NCBI GenBank assembly: GCA_002084765.1
Contig: NBMB01000031.1
Span: forward strand, 3,821-67,820
Length of the DNA stretch: 64,000 nt
From: Candidatus Cloacimonetes bacterium 4572_55
GTDB lineage: Bacteria > 4572-55
Direction: 5' to 3'
The notes under the pieces are model-generated. The model was not told the origin of the DNA. It did no database searches and worked only from the letters and a program-made list of their open reading frames with translations. Positions 1 to 9,068 of the stretch are shown here, one piece after another. How positions within the stretch are numbered: the stretch's first letter is position 1; every line of letters begins with the position of its first letter. A program made the translations under genes and the position numbers.

Positions 1-1861
1 ACAGGCTCGTCTGATCAGTATTCAGATAGCCGCGGGCGATCCCATCTCCAGCGACATATATCTCCCCTTCGACATCTGGCGGCGCGGGGTTCAGATAGGG
101 ATCGAGGATATATGCCTGGCTGTTGCCGATAGCGGATCCGATGGGAATATACGTCGCGTTTTCGTCGAGGTCGGGAATCACATAATATGTGGAAAATGTT
201 GTGGCTTCGGTGGGGCCATACACATGGACGATCGCGTCTTTCGTCTTGCGCTGGGCGAGCGCGGATCGAATATGCCATACCGATGCGTCTTGTCCGCCAA
301 AATAGATTTTGTCAAAACAACTGATCGTTTCTGGTTTCACATCAATCAGTTGGTTGATTAACGCGGTGGTGATGAACATGATATTGATCTGGTTCTCAAG
401 GATAAAATCGCCCAGGCGGCTCAGATCATAGAGAAAATCGTGGGGGATAAGATAGAGAGCCGCGCCGTTCAGCAAAGCCGCGTATATGTCGTAAGTCGAG
501 CCGTCAAAGCTGTAATCGGAGAGCTGCAAAATCCGATCGCCAGGACCCGTGTGGGTATAATTGCTGTCCCTCACCAGCCGGACAACGCTGCGATGCTCCA
601 CCATAACCCCCTTCGGCTTTCCGGTCGAGCCAGAGGTGTACATCACATAAATCAAATTATCGGAGCGAGTTATCCGAGAAGGATTTTGGGACGGTTGATG
701 GCTCAACTCTTCTTCAATCTCCAAAATATGAATCGAATTCTCCGACCGGTTGACTCGCTGAGGTTGATCGGTCAAAATCAATGCGGCTCCGCTATGCTCC
801 AGCATGAGCGCGGTGCGAGACGCGGGCTGATCCGGGACAATTGGCAGATACGCCGCGCCGGCTTTCAGGATTGCCAACATTGCGACGATCATCCGATTTG
901 ACCGATCCATGACCATAGCGATAATGTGATCCGGCTGAATCGATCGCTGTTCCCGCAGGTAATGCGCCAGCCGATTTGCCGACTCATTGAGTGCCTGATA
1001 TGTCATGCTCTGTCCCTGGAAATAGAGCGCGGTCGCTTCCGGGTGGAGAGCCGCCTGCTCTTCAAACAGCTCAACAACGGTTTTGTCTCTGGGATAGTTG
1101 GACTGCGTTTCATTGAGATCGTAAACAATTCGGTGATACTCCTTTGGGCTGAGAATATCGATATTTTTTATCCATGTATCGATCTCCAAAAAGCTCGCCA
1201 AAATGCGTTGATAATGATCCGCTATTTGCTGGACAAACCGGCTGTCTAAGCAATCCGGATTGTACGAGAGATGAACGACCAGTCCTCGATTTTGACTTTG
1301 CTTGATCTCCAGGATCAGATCATATTTTTCCTTTTTGACGAGTTGTCCATGAATCTCCGGCGAGAAAATTGCCACGTTTGTTCGAGCAATATCCGGCTCG
1401 AGCTTCTCTTTTTCTATGATCGGATCCAGCGGAAAATTTTGGTATTGGTAGCTGTCCGATACGACTCCGTTGATATGGAAAATGAGTTCTTTAATCGACT
1501 GTTCCGGGTCGATTTTCCCGATCAAAGCCACGGTCGGCTCATAAATTTGGCTTGATCCATCCCGCGTAAAAAGCGGCGAATCTATCACAATTTGTCGATG
1601 ATCGCTGTATCTCGCGGATAGGATATACCAGCCGGTCAAAAGCAGGATATAGGTCTCCATGGGGCGGGCTTGGGATATATTTTTTATCAGGGTTCGCTCT
1701 TTTTCGCCTAACAAAATGGTCATCTTTTGATGTCGGCAACTCCGCAAATTGATATCCCTGTTGCCGGGAAATCGGTAGGGTCGGTTTATTCCGACGAGTT
1801 TCTCAGTCCAATACGCGATGTAAGGCGCATAACGGCTTTCGGTAAAAATAATTTGATCCAT
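1..1861 (-). CDS. Non-ribosomal peptide synthetase, 5' part (partial, continues past left edge): condensation-domain C-terminal lobe + adenylation domain
   Basis: Absent from the ORF track because it has no stop in the window. My reverse-strand translation from ATG 1861 (MDQIIFTESRY...) stays open to nt 2. It contains A-domain cores SMTYQALNESANRLAHYL, YVMYTSGSTGKPKGV, VYGPTEATT and GEIYVAGDGIARGYL. No HHxxxDG is seen in the ~260 aa before the A domain. Confidence 0.85.
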   Translation of the reverse strand, partial: MDQIIFTESRYAPYIAYWTEKLVGINRPYRFPGNRDINLRSCRHQKMTILLGEKERTLIKNISQARPMETYILLLTGWYILSARYSDHRQIVIDSPLFTRDGSSQIYEPTVALIGKIDPEQSIKELIFHINGVVSDSYQYQNFPLDPIIEKEKLEPDIARTNVAIFSPEIHGQLVKKEKYDLILEIKQSQNRGLVVHLSYNPDCLDSRFVQQIADHYQRILASFLEIDTWIKNIDILSPKEYHRIVYDLNETQSNYPRDKTVVELFEEQAALHPEATALYFQGQSMTYQALNESANRLAHYLREQRSIQPDHIIAMVMDRSNRMIVAMLAILKAGAAYLPIVPDQPASRTALMLEHSGAALILTDQPQRVNRSENSIHILEIEEELSHQPSQNPSRITRSDNLIYVMYTSGSTGKPKGVMVEHRSVVRLVRDSNYTHTGPGDRILQLSDYSFDGSTYDIYAALLNGAALYLIPHDFLYDLSRLGDFILENQINIMFITTALINQLIDVKPETISCFDKIYFGGQDASVWHIRSALAQRKTKDAIVHVYGPTEATTFSTYYVIPDLDENATYIPIGSAIGNSQAYILDPYLNPAPPDVEGEIYVAGDGIARGYLNTDQTSL

Positions 1862-1882
1862 GACAGTATGATCCCTTTGGGT

Positions 1883-1907
1883 AATTACGAATTACGAGTT
1901 ACGAATT
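1883..1907. repeat. 7-bp tandem repeat (AATTACG x3.5) across the btpA stop / NRPS leader
   Basis: aattacg aattacg agttacg aatt read directly from the sequence. Confidence 0.6.
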
Positions 1908-2692
1908 TTTTTTATGAAGGCTGCTACGCGTTTTGGATCGACTGGGTTGGTTGTGAGCGCGTCGATTTTGAACTCGGTTCCAACAATCGCGCCGTCTATC
2001 ATGGGCGCGTATTGTTCCAGATTATGGACATTGACGCCGCTGCCGATCCAAATAGGACGATCTGGGACCGCCTGCTTGACCCGCCTCGCCGATTCGGGAG
2101 AGGTGGGCAGACCCGTGCCTGCGCCGGATAGGATCAGCGCGTCGGCACAACCGCGATACGCAGTGTCTCTCGCGATATCCTCAAGCGTGAATTCTCCTAA
2201 ACGCGTCGCGTGTTTGACAGCGACATCCGCCATGACAAGAGCCCCACAGCCGATCTCCCGTCTATAACGCATAGTCTGCGCGGCTCGCCCCTCTATCACG
2301 CCTTGATCGGTCAACATGGCACCGGTGTGGATGTTGACCCGCACAAAAGAGGCTCCCACAGCACTGGCAATTCCGATAGCCGCGGCCGCGTGGTTCCGAA
2401 GCACGTTGATACCAATGGGCATATCGTTTGTCAATTCCCGAATTTGCCAGGCAATACGAGCGATCAGAGCTATGGTATGAGATCGCACTCTATCTTTATA
2501 AAAGGGCGCGTCTCCAAAGTTCTCGATCATCAGCCCATCAACGCCATTTTCTACCAAGAGACGCGCGTCTCGCAGCGCGTTTTCCTCGATCTGGGCGATT
2601 GAGCCGCCAAATCTCGGACTGCCGGGAAGAGGGCTGAGATGAACCATGCCGATAACTCGAATCTGACCGTCGATTTTTTTTGATAATCTCAT
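1892..2692 (-). CDS. BtpA/SgcQ family TIM-barrel protein
   Basis: 266-aa ORF. VIGMVHLSPLPGSPRFGG, GVDGLMIENFGDAPF, PIGINVLRN, FVRVN and YRREIGC match my memory of cyanobacterial BtpA along the whole length. Confidence 0.8.
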   Translation of the reverse strand: MRLSKKIDGQIRVIGMVHLSPLPGSPRFGGSIAQIEENALRDARLLVENGVDGLMIENFGDAPFYKDRVRSHTIALIARIAWQIRELTNDMPIGINVLRNHAAAAIGIASAVGASFVRVNIHTGAMLTDQGVIEGRAAQTMRYRREIGCGALVMADVAVKHATRLGEFTLEDIARDTAYRGCADALILSGAGTGLPTSPESARRVKQAVPDRPIWIGSGVNVHNLEQYAPMIDGAIVGTEFKIDALTTNPVDPKRVAAFIKKIRNS

Positions 2693-2715
2693 GGGGTTAC
2701 TCCTTATAATTTTTC

Positions 2716-5010
2716 CTAAATTATTTTTCCTAATTGGTCGCTCGTTGGGGCTAATAACACCTTCAGCGAGACAAGCGTCATGTCGTCGTGTTGTTCCGCT
2801 TTCCCGACGAACTGATTGACGTCTTCCAGTATAATATCCATTAAATTCCGAGCACTTTCACGTTGATTTTTTCTGATCAATTTGATCAGCCGCTCTTCTG
2901 TGAACTCTTCCCTCTGCTCGTCCATAGCCTCAGTGACTCCGTCCGTGTAGAGCAGCAACAGGTCTCCGTCCTGCACGTTGATTTCTACTTCCTCCAGATT
3001 CGGTTCGAAAATCGAGGTGCCTGCGATGCCCAAAGCCATCCCTTTTCCGTCCAACATCACGCATTCATTTTTCTTAGAATTGAGAAAAATTGGATGATTA
3101 TGACCTGCGCGCGCGTATAAGAGCGTCCTATTTTCCAGATCAAAAATGCCGTAGAAAAGGCTGATGAACAGGCGACGATCACTCTCTCGACGTAGCAGGC
3201 TGTTGACATGAACCAGAGTCTCGCGAGGGGACTCATCCTGAAGTGCATGGGCTCTCACAAAACTGCGCACTATCGCCATATAGACCGCGCCGAAAACGCC
3301 TTTTCCAGATACGTCTCCAATCACGAGTCCGATCCGTTTGGAAGAGAGATTGAAAAAATCAAAGTAGTCTCCGCCCACCTCGATAGCGGGCAGGGTGATA
3401 CAGCTCAGTTCAATGCCGGGAAAGGTCTGATATTGGGGCGGAGAAAGCACTTGTTGAATCCGTTGCGCAATTTCCATCTCTTTTTTTGCGCGTTCTCTGG
3501 CGGCTAACTCTTCATATAGATGAATGTTTTCGATAGCGACCGCGAGCTGGGCACTCAGGACGTTCAACAAAGTCATATCTTCATACGTGTAGCGAAGTTT
3601 AGTAATTTTTTGACCAAGGGTGATAAAGCCCTTCATTTTCCCTTGACGCCGGATCGGGACAATCAAATAGACGTCCAATTTCTTTAATAATTCCTGAAGT
3701 TTCAGGGCTTCCTGTTGATCGGGTACCATACGTAATAAATTTTTTGCCAAGATCGGCTCGTTGATATTTTTGATCTGCTTGATCAATCTGCTTTTTTCAT
3801 TAAATGTTGTCCATTCCAACATTTTTTTACACCAGGCAACCGGCACATAACAATCGCTTTTGAGGCTTTTCAGATAGAGGATCACCTGGTCTGTCATCAA
3901 GGATTTTGAGAGCCGTTCGACCACCTCTTGCTTCAGCGTTTCAAAATCGAGTATGGTGAGAACCTCGCTACTTAACTCCTGTATAGCGGTTCGATAATCG
4001 CTGCCCCCGCGCAAGAAAATTTTGTCCATGAAGGTTTCCAAACCGCTCATCAGCGGTTGAAACAGGATCAGCGCAAAGAGGAAAAAGCCTATTTCCAGTA
4101 CAGGAATCTCCTGTCCAAAAATTTTCTGGATCATTTGATCAAAATATCGGATCACCATGAGGTAAGTCCCGCCGATAAGCGCGGCGGAGAATGTATAAAA
4201 GATGCTTTTTCGCAACAAGAGGTTGATGTCCAGGAAGCGATAGCGAATGATCGAGACCGCTACGGAACCGCTGCCGATTAACAGTCCAGTCGCTATCAAT
4301 CCGCTCTGGAGAAGTAGGGGGATTTGGAATTCAAATATGACGGGAAGCAGGATAAGAGCCGCATATAATCCCGCGGCAATGCAAATACCAACGATGACGA
4401 ATCGAATTTGCTGTTTCAGATGCGGTTGTTGGATGCGGTTGTAATTGTAAGATAGGGTGAGAAGGGCTATCAAGAAAAAAATAATGTTCGCAATGGAGAA
4501 AAGTTTTTTATGGAGAATCAGGCTCACTTCGATCAATTTGCTGAGCATGCTTCCAAACAAAATCAAAAATTCTGGAAGGTTTTCGGTCATTTGACCAGAA
4601 ATATGGGCGCGGTATAGGACGAATAGTTGAGGCGCGACGAAGATCACTAAAAAGTGGAGCAGATGCGGGATAAAGATCGCTACAGGCAACCAACGGAAAC
4701 GTCTCAATAGGCGATACTCGGTCGGAAATACCAGCGCAAAAAGTAAGAGTTGGGGGAAAAAAAATTCCCATATCGCTGCGCCGAGTTCTCGGTATATCTG
4801 AAAATCCAGCCAATTTTGGATCTGGAAAATTTCTTGTAGGAGCAGGTCCAACCCGCCGAACGAGGCTCCCATCCCGCCCCACCACAGCATCAAACTCGTG
4901 ATTTTATTCAGCCGTTCCTGTGGATTGTCGCGGTAGATGGCGAATCCTAATAGAATCAAAACCATGCCGCTTAAACCGTAAAGAAGCGTGAATAGGATGT
5001 TGAACGTCAT
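2716..5010 (-). CDS. Membrane sensor: multi-TM N-terminus, GAF-like middle, PP2C/SpoIIE-type serine phosphatase C-terminus (RsbU-like)
   Basis: 764-aa ORF with many hydrophobic helices in the first ~330 aa. The C-terminus has GGDYFDF, GDVSGKGVFGAVYMA, LYTDGVTEA and HDDMTLVSLKV. The start overlaps the glycerate kinase stop as ATGA (5007-5010). Confidence 0.85.
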   Translation of the reverse strand: MTFNILFTLLYGLSGMVLILLGFAIYRDNPQERLNKITSLMLWWGGMGASFGGLDLLLQEIFQIQNWLDFQIYRELGAAIWEFFFPQLLLFALVFPTEYRLLRRFRWLPVAIFIPHLLHFLVIFVAPQLFVLYRAHISGQMTENLPEFLILFGSMLSKLIEVSLILHKKLFSIANIIFFLIALLTLSYNYNRIQQPHLKQQIRFVIVGICIAAGLYAALILLPVIFEFQIPLLLQSGLIATGLLIGSGSVAVSIIRYRFLDINLLLRKSIFYTFSAALIGGTYLMVIRYFDQMIQKIFGQEIPVLEIGFFLFALILFQPLMSGLETFMDKIFLRGGSDYRTAIQELSSEVLTILDFETLKQEVVERLSKSLMTDQVILYLKSLKSDCYVPVAWCKKMLEWTTFNEKSRLIKQIKNINEPILAKNLLRMVPDQQEALKLQELLKKLDVYLIVPIRRQGKMKGFITLGQKITKLRYTYEDMTLLNVLSAQLAVAIENIHLYEELAARERAKKEMEIAQRIQQVLSPPQYQTFPGIELSCITLPAIEVGGDYFDFFNLSSKRIGLVIGDVSGKGVFGAVYMAIVRSFVRAHALQDESPRETLVHVNSLLRRESDRRLFISLFYGIFDLENRTLLYARAGHNHPIFLNSKKNECVMLDGKGMALGIAGTSIFEPNLEEVEINVQDGDLLLLYTDGVTEAMDEQREEFTEERLIKLIRKNQRESARNLMDIILEDVNQFVGKAEQHDDMTLVSLKVLLAPTSDQLGKII

Positions 5011-6143
5011 CTTTTTCCTCGAAAGGGATATTGTATTGTAAACAGATTGCTTACAGCCGCTTGCAATAGTTCCGCGCCTCGATCCTTCGCGTCTGTTATA
5101 GACATGCTAGGCGGCGCAATCGCATACGCGGCATCCAATCCCAATGTCTGAACCGCATCGGGTTGAAACGATCCGGCAAATCCGATGATCGGGATAGATC
5201 GCGGCTGTTCTCTGACCAAATCCATCAGTCCGCTGATCGCCTTACCCGAAACCGATGTCATATCGATGGAGCCCTCGCCGGTGATAATGAGGTCTGCGTG
5301 GCGAATTTGCTCCCGGAGGTTGATCAGATCAAAAATGGTTTTCGCGCCGGGGACCAGTGATCCGTTTAGAAACGATACCAGTCCCGCGCCAAGTCCGCCA
5401 GCCGCGCCTCCTCCGACAATCATCTCCACATCGGGATAAAAATCCCGGATAATGGTCGCGGCATGGATCGTATTTCGGCGCAACAATTTCAGATCATTTT
5501 CATTCGCGCCTTTTTGTGGGGCAAAGGTCAAGACGCCGGATAAAAGGGTGTGCGTCACGTCGTAGAGGCCTATGATCGTAACATTTTTTTTATGGGAGAG
5601 GCGAGGGTCCAGTCGGCTTAGATCAATATGCGCCAAACGATAAAGTTCTCTGCCGATTTCGGGTATCCGCCGACCTTGCGCGTCAAGAAATCGTCCACCT
5701 AAAGCCGAGGTCATACCGATTCCCAGGTCCACGGTCGCGCTTCCGCCCAATCCGACAAATATCTTCCGGCATCCCTTGTCCAAACAGGCGTGGATGAGTT
5801 GACCCGCGCCGTGACTCATCGCGGTCAGCGGCTGCCGCCTATCTGTCGGGACAAGGTCCAGTCCGATTGCCGCCGCGGTTTCGACAATGCCCGATCCATT
5901 ATCCAGCGTCCCAAACCGAGCGAGCGTTGGTCGTCCCAGCGGTCCCGTTACTTCGATCTCATGGAAATCTCCGCCGCACCCAGCGACCAAACTCTCGACC
6001 GTGCCTTCTCCGCCGTCGGCAATTGGTAAAGCGATCACTTTTGTGTCTGGTCTCACCCCAAGGATACCCTGCTTGATCGCGTTGCCCGCCTCTGCAGAGG
6101 TCATACTGCCTTTGAATTTATCAGAAATAACAAGCGTTTGCAT
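5007..6143 (-). CDS. Glycerate kinase
   Basis: 378-aa ORF. VISDKFKGSMTSAEAGNAI, PIADGGEGTVESL, GLGGSATVDLGIGM, GGGAAGGLGAG and ITGEGSIDMTSVSGK match the GarK/GlxK family pattern. Confidence 0.85.
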   Translation of the reverse strand: MQTLVISDKFKGSMTSAEAGNAIKQGILGVRPDTKVIALPIADGGEGTVESLVAGCGGDFHEIEVTGPLGRPTLARFGTLDNGSGIVETAAAIGLDLVPTDRRQPLTAMSHGAGQLIHACLDKGCRKIFVGLGGSATVDLGIGMTSALGGRFLDAQGRRIPEIGRELYRLAHIDLSRLDPRLSHKKNVTIIGLYDVTHTLLSGVLTFAPQKGANENDLKLLRRNTIHAATIIRDFYPDVEMIVGGGAAGGLGAGLVSFLNGSLVPGAKTIFDLINLREQIRHADLIITGEGSIDMTSVSGKAISGLMDLVREQPRSIPIIGFAGSFQPDAVQTLGLDAAYAIAPPSMSITDAKDRGAELLQAAVSNLFTIQYPFRGKR

Positions 6144-6354
6144 GATCGGGTTTACGTCAATTCAAGGGTTAAGTTTCGAGTTCGCGCGGCTATCGTATAT
6201 TTTATTTGATAATGCAATTTATATAATACAGAATGGGCTATGGCTTGTCATGGCTGAATAGTTACGGCAGGCTCAAGAATAAAAAAATACGATTTTCGGT
6301 TGCAATCTCAAATTTCTGATAGAGTTGCAACGCATTATTACTAAAACTGCTCAA

Positions 6355-6861
6355 CTAATCGCTCGATTCTTTCAACAATTCTTGTAGAAACATCAATGAA
6401 ACCCTATCTTTATCTCGAAACGTCTCTTTTTTTACTGCAATCAAGGTTTTTAAATCCAACGTATGCACGCGTAAATCTCCACTCAAATCCATTTCAACCG
6501 TATAAGGAAAAAGCCTATCATAATCACGATTTTTGCCGATCATTCCCAGAACATTCAATGGTCCGCGTTTGGTTTCAAACAAATGGTGACCCAACCCAAG
6601 CAGAGCCGTTGCGTCCGGCTTAATAATACGCCCAAATTGACCCCGGTAGATTGTGTCCAGGGATTCCAAAGCTTCAATCAGGCGAGCCACATTGTCGATG
6701 TGTCGCGAATGAACGATATCCAGATCAAATGTTGTTATCGGCGCGCCGTGCAGTATGGCTCCGACGCCGCCTACGATAATAAAATCAATCTTGTAGTGAG
6801 CCAGTGTTTCCAATAAACAGAAGAAATCAACGGATGATTTTGGCACGGCGCAACCTCTCAA
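6355..6861 (-). CDS. Minimal nucleotidyltransferase (Pol-beta superfamily, MNT-like)
   Basis: 168-aa ORF. IIVGGVGAILHGAPITTFDLDIV fits the hG[GS]-x9-13-Dh[DE]h nucleotidyltransferase signature. No other domain is recognised. Confidence 0.6.
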   Translation of the reverse strand: MRGCAVPKSSVDFFCLLETLAHYKIDFIIVGGVGAILHGAPITTFDLDIVHSRHIDNVARLIEALESLDTIYRGQFGRIIKPDATALLGLGHHLFETKRGPLNVLGMIGKNRDYDRLFPYTVEMDLSGDLRVHTLDLKTLIAVKKETFRDKDRVSLMFLQELLKESSD

Positions 6862-7000
6862 CTGAATTAACTGCCTGTTGTAATGCCATTAACCGTTCAC
6901 GCGGGGTCAAAGATAACATCCAGCGGATCAATGTTAAATCAACGCCTTCGGTGCTATAGTCACTGTTTTGTGCGAGTATATTTGTTTTTTGATCGATCAT
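6827..7000 (-). CDS. Small ORF (57 aa) overlapping the nucleotidyltransferase start; possible partner/antitoxin-like protein
   Basis: Below the ORF-track size cutoff. My translation is MIDQKTNILAQNSDYSTEGVDLTLIRWMLSLTPRERLMALQQAVNSVERLRRAKIIR*. It overlaps the downstream ORF start (6861) by 35 nt on the same strand. Coding status is unproven. Confidence 0.4.
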   Translation of the reverse strand: MIDQKTNILAQNSDYSTEGVDLTLIRWMLSLTPRERLMALQQAVNSVERLRRAKIIR

Positions 7001-7117
7001 ATTTCCGTATTGTCTCCCCCACGATGAAAATCGCTGGCTATTCTGTTAGATAGTTCCCTATGTATAACGCTCATTGTTTTGTCATAAACATCGTGGTAAG
7101 GTCTTTATTTTCACAAA

Positions 7118-7525
7118 TCAAATATGCCCATTAAAAAGCATACCGACAACGTCCAGATCAGCTTCCAGAAAGTCGTATCGAATCAATTCCCTCCTCGATA
7201 CCCATCGAATTTGCTCAAACACATTGTTTTCCATCTCTCCGATGTAGTTTTCGATCTGGTAGAAAAAAAGATGCACCTCTATTGCGACCGATCCGTGACG
7301 CTCATAAACATGACGCGTGTGCGAGACCAGTCTTCCGACTGACGCTTGAATCGACAGTTCCTCCCACAACTCACGCTGGAGACATTCGGGACCGGTTTCT
7401 TTCGGTTCGATTTTCCCCCCTGGAAATTCCCACTTAAGGGGCATTTCGCCGGCTTGATGGCGTTGGCAGATCAAAACTTTGTTGTTTTCCTCAATAATTC
7501 CGGCAGCGACTTGAATTTGTTTCAT
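7118..7525 (-). CDS. NUDIX hydrolase, MutT-like (8-oxo-dGTP/CTP pyrophosphohydrolase type)
   Basis: 135-aa ORF with Nudix box GGKIEPKETGPECLQRELWEELSI preceded by VAAGIIEENNKVLICQR. Confidence 0.85.
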   Translation of the reverse strand: MKQIQVAAGIIEENNKVLICQRHQAGEMPLKWEFPGGKIEPKETGPECLQRELWEELSIQASVGRLVSHTRHVYERHGSVAIEVHLFFYQIENYIGEMENNVFEQIRWVSRRELIRYDFLEADLDVVGMLFNGHI

Positions 7526-7531
7526 AACCTG

Positions 7532-8519
7532 TTATGATTTCTTTCGTTGGAAGATATAATGCTTCACGTCCAGGCGGAGAGATAAGACAATGACTGTGAG
7601 CAGAAAAAGGATCGCCGCTATCGTGAATGGGAGGGAGTAGGTCTCTCGATAATAGAGCGCGCCTTTACCGATTTTTGATTTTTCTTCCTCAAGATAGGGC
7701 ATGACGCTAATGCCGTAATCATTTGCAATACGTCTAATCTGCAGAATATGGATAATCGGCAGACCTCGTTCCGCCATGCGGGTGATAACGCCTTCTGCTG
7801 GGAACTCGACCGCGGTCAGATCCCGAGACAAGCCCGCTTTGATCAGCTTTCCGTTCTGTGACGATCCCAAGCTGGCGATACCACCGCCAATATTGATATA
7901 GACCTTGATACTCTTTCTCCGGCTCCTCTCCATTTCACTGTAGATATCCAGCCGTCGGTCGATACTCGCGCTGAGATGGCTTTCATGGATAAAGTCCATC
8001 TTTTTGTCAGACTCGGAAATTTTTGAATTTCTCTTGATCGCTTCTTTTAACAGGCTACGTCCTTTCCGACTTAAGCCGCGTCCACGATCTCCGCCGCCGC
8101 CTATTGATACGGCTTTAGAACGGTAGTGGATCAGCCCTTTCTGATAAAGCTCGGACTCCATATCCAACCAGGTGAAATCCGGATTGCTCGCGCCCCATGA
8201 CGAAGCACCGATGGAGGTGACGATAATTGGCTCCAACTCCATGTAACACGCCGGTATCGGTGGTGATCAAGGTATATTGTTCGCCGATCAGACCGGTTTC
8301 TGCCGGGTCGTTTTCTTTATCAATCGGAATACCCAGCTCGACAATACGCTCCTTCAGGGCATTCTGCGCCAGGGATGCCAGTCGAGTGGCTTCGGTTTTC
8401 TGTTTAAGATAAGGCTGGGCTTTAGGCGACTTCGAGCTCTCGACCAATGCGTAAACCGCAATCGAAAGAAGCGTTAAACCAATCAGCAAATAATGGGAAG
8501 GAGATCGATAGATGTTCAT
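7532..8519 (-). pseudogene. Poly-gamma-glutamate-system-like membrane-anchored protein, reading frame broken near 8240-8255
   Basis: ATG 8519 overlaps the pgsC stop as ATGA. Frame A reads MNIYRSPSHYLLIGLTLLSIAVYALV...LIGEQYTLITTDTGV. Frame B (8242-7532) reads ...LEPIIVTSIGASSWGASNPDFTWLDME... 8519-8242=277, which is not divisible by 3. TM helices are present at both ends. The family call comes from remembered motifs only. Confidence 0.55.
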
Positions 8520-8977
8520 AAGCTCAGGTCGCCTCCGTAAAAGATGATCATCATCATTTTCACCAATACGGCAGTCATAATCATGGTGCAGACCGTCTTG
8601 TTCACGCCCTGCCGCTCCATCCAAATAGCGATCAAGCCAGGAATGATATAGCCGACTGCCTGAAAATCCATCTGCAATTCCGTGATGGGAGCCTGAAACA
8701 GTTGACGGGTCGCCCATCCCGATATGAAACCAATGAGAATGGTCAGAACCGTGCGGCGACGGCCATAAATTAACATAAAATTGGATAAAAGCCGGATAAG
8801 TCCGAACGTGGCTAACGCGGCGAGCAATGTGCCGGCAATGCGCGAGGGGTGATGAATCATCAACGCCATGTAACCGGGGACGACCATTCCTCCGGCAGCT
8901 AACCCAAGCGCTTCCGAGAAAAAAAGGCTAAGGAGTAGTCCCAAGCCAATGAATTGAGGAGTGATTATCGGATCCAT
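8516..8977 (-). CDS. pgsC: PgsC/CapC-like small membrane protein (poly-gamma-glutamate synthesis component family)
   Basis: 153-aa ORF. GLLLSLFFSEALGLAAGGMVVPGYMALM, LIYGRRRTVLTILIG and GYIIPGLIA align well with my memory of B. subtilis PgsC (LLSLIFAEKTGIVPAGLVVPGYLGL, ILYGRRKF, GIIVPGLIA). Confidence 0.8.
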   Translation of the reverse strand: MDPIITPQFIGLGLLLSLFFSEALGLAAGGMVVPGYMALMIHHPSRIAGTLLAALATFGLIRLLSNFMLIYGRRRTVLTILIGFISGWATRQLFQAPITELQMDFQAVGYIIPGLIAIWMERQGVNKTVCTMIMTAVLVKMMMIIFYGGDLSL

Positions 8978-9068
8978 TAATGGTGAACCTCAGTTGAACA
9001 GGTGAACTTTGCAAAGGTTATGAATTTTTGCAAGGTTTTCAATTAACCGTTAGAAATCCAATTTCTAA

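Noticed and set aside
440-1555. + strand ORFs 440-901, 926-1249 and 1271-1555 from the ORF track
   Set aside because: They lie antisense to an uninterrupted reverse-strand frame that carries textbook NRPS adenylation motifs. Their translations are Arg/Leu-rich with no recognisable motifs.
8520-8717. N-terminal 66 aa of ORF 8115-8717 (MGDPSTVSGSHHG...)
   Set aside because: It lies entirely inside the pgsC coding region in another frame. The sensible start is MNIYRS at 8519, ATGA-coupled to the pgsC stop.
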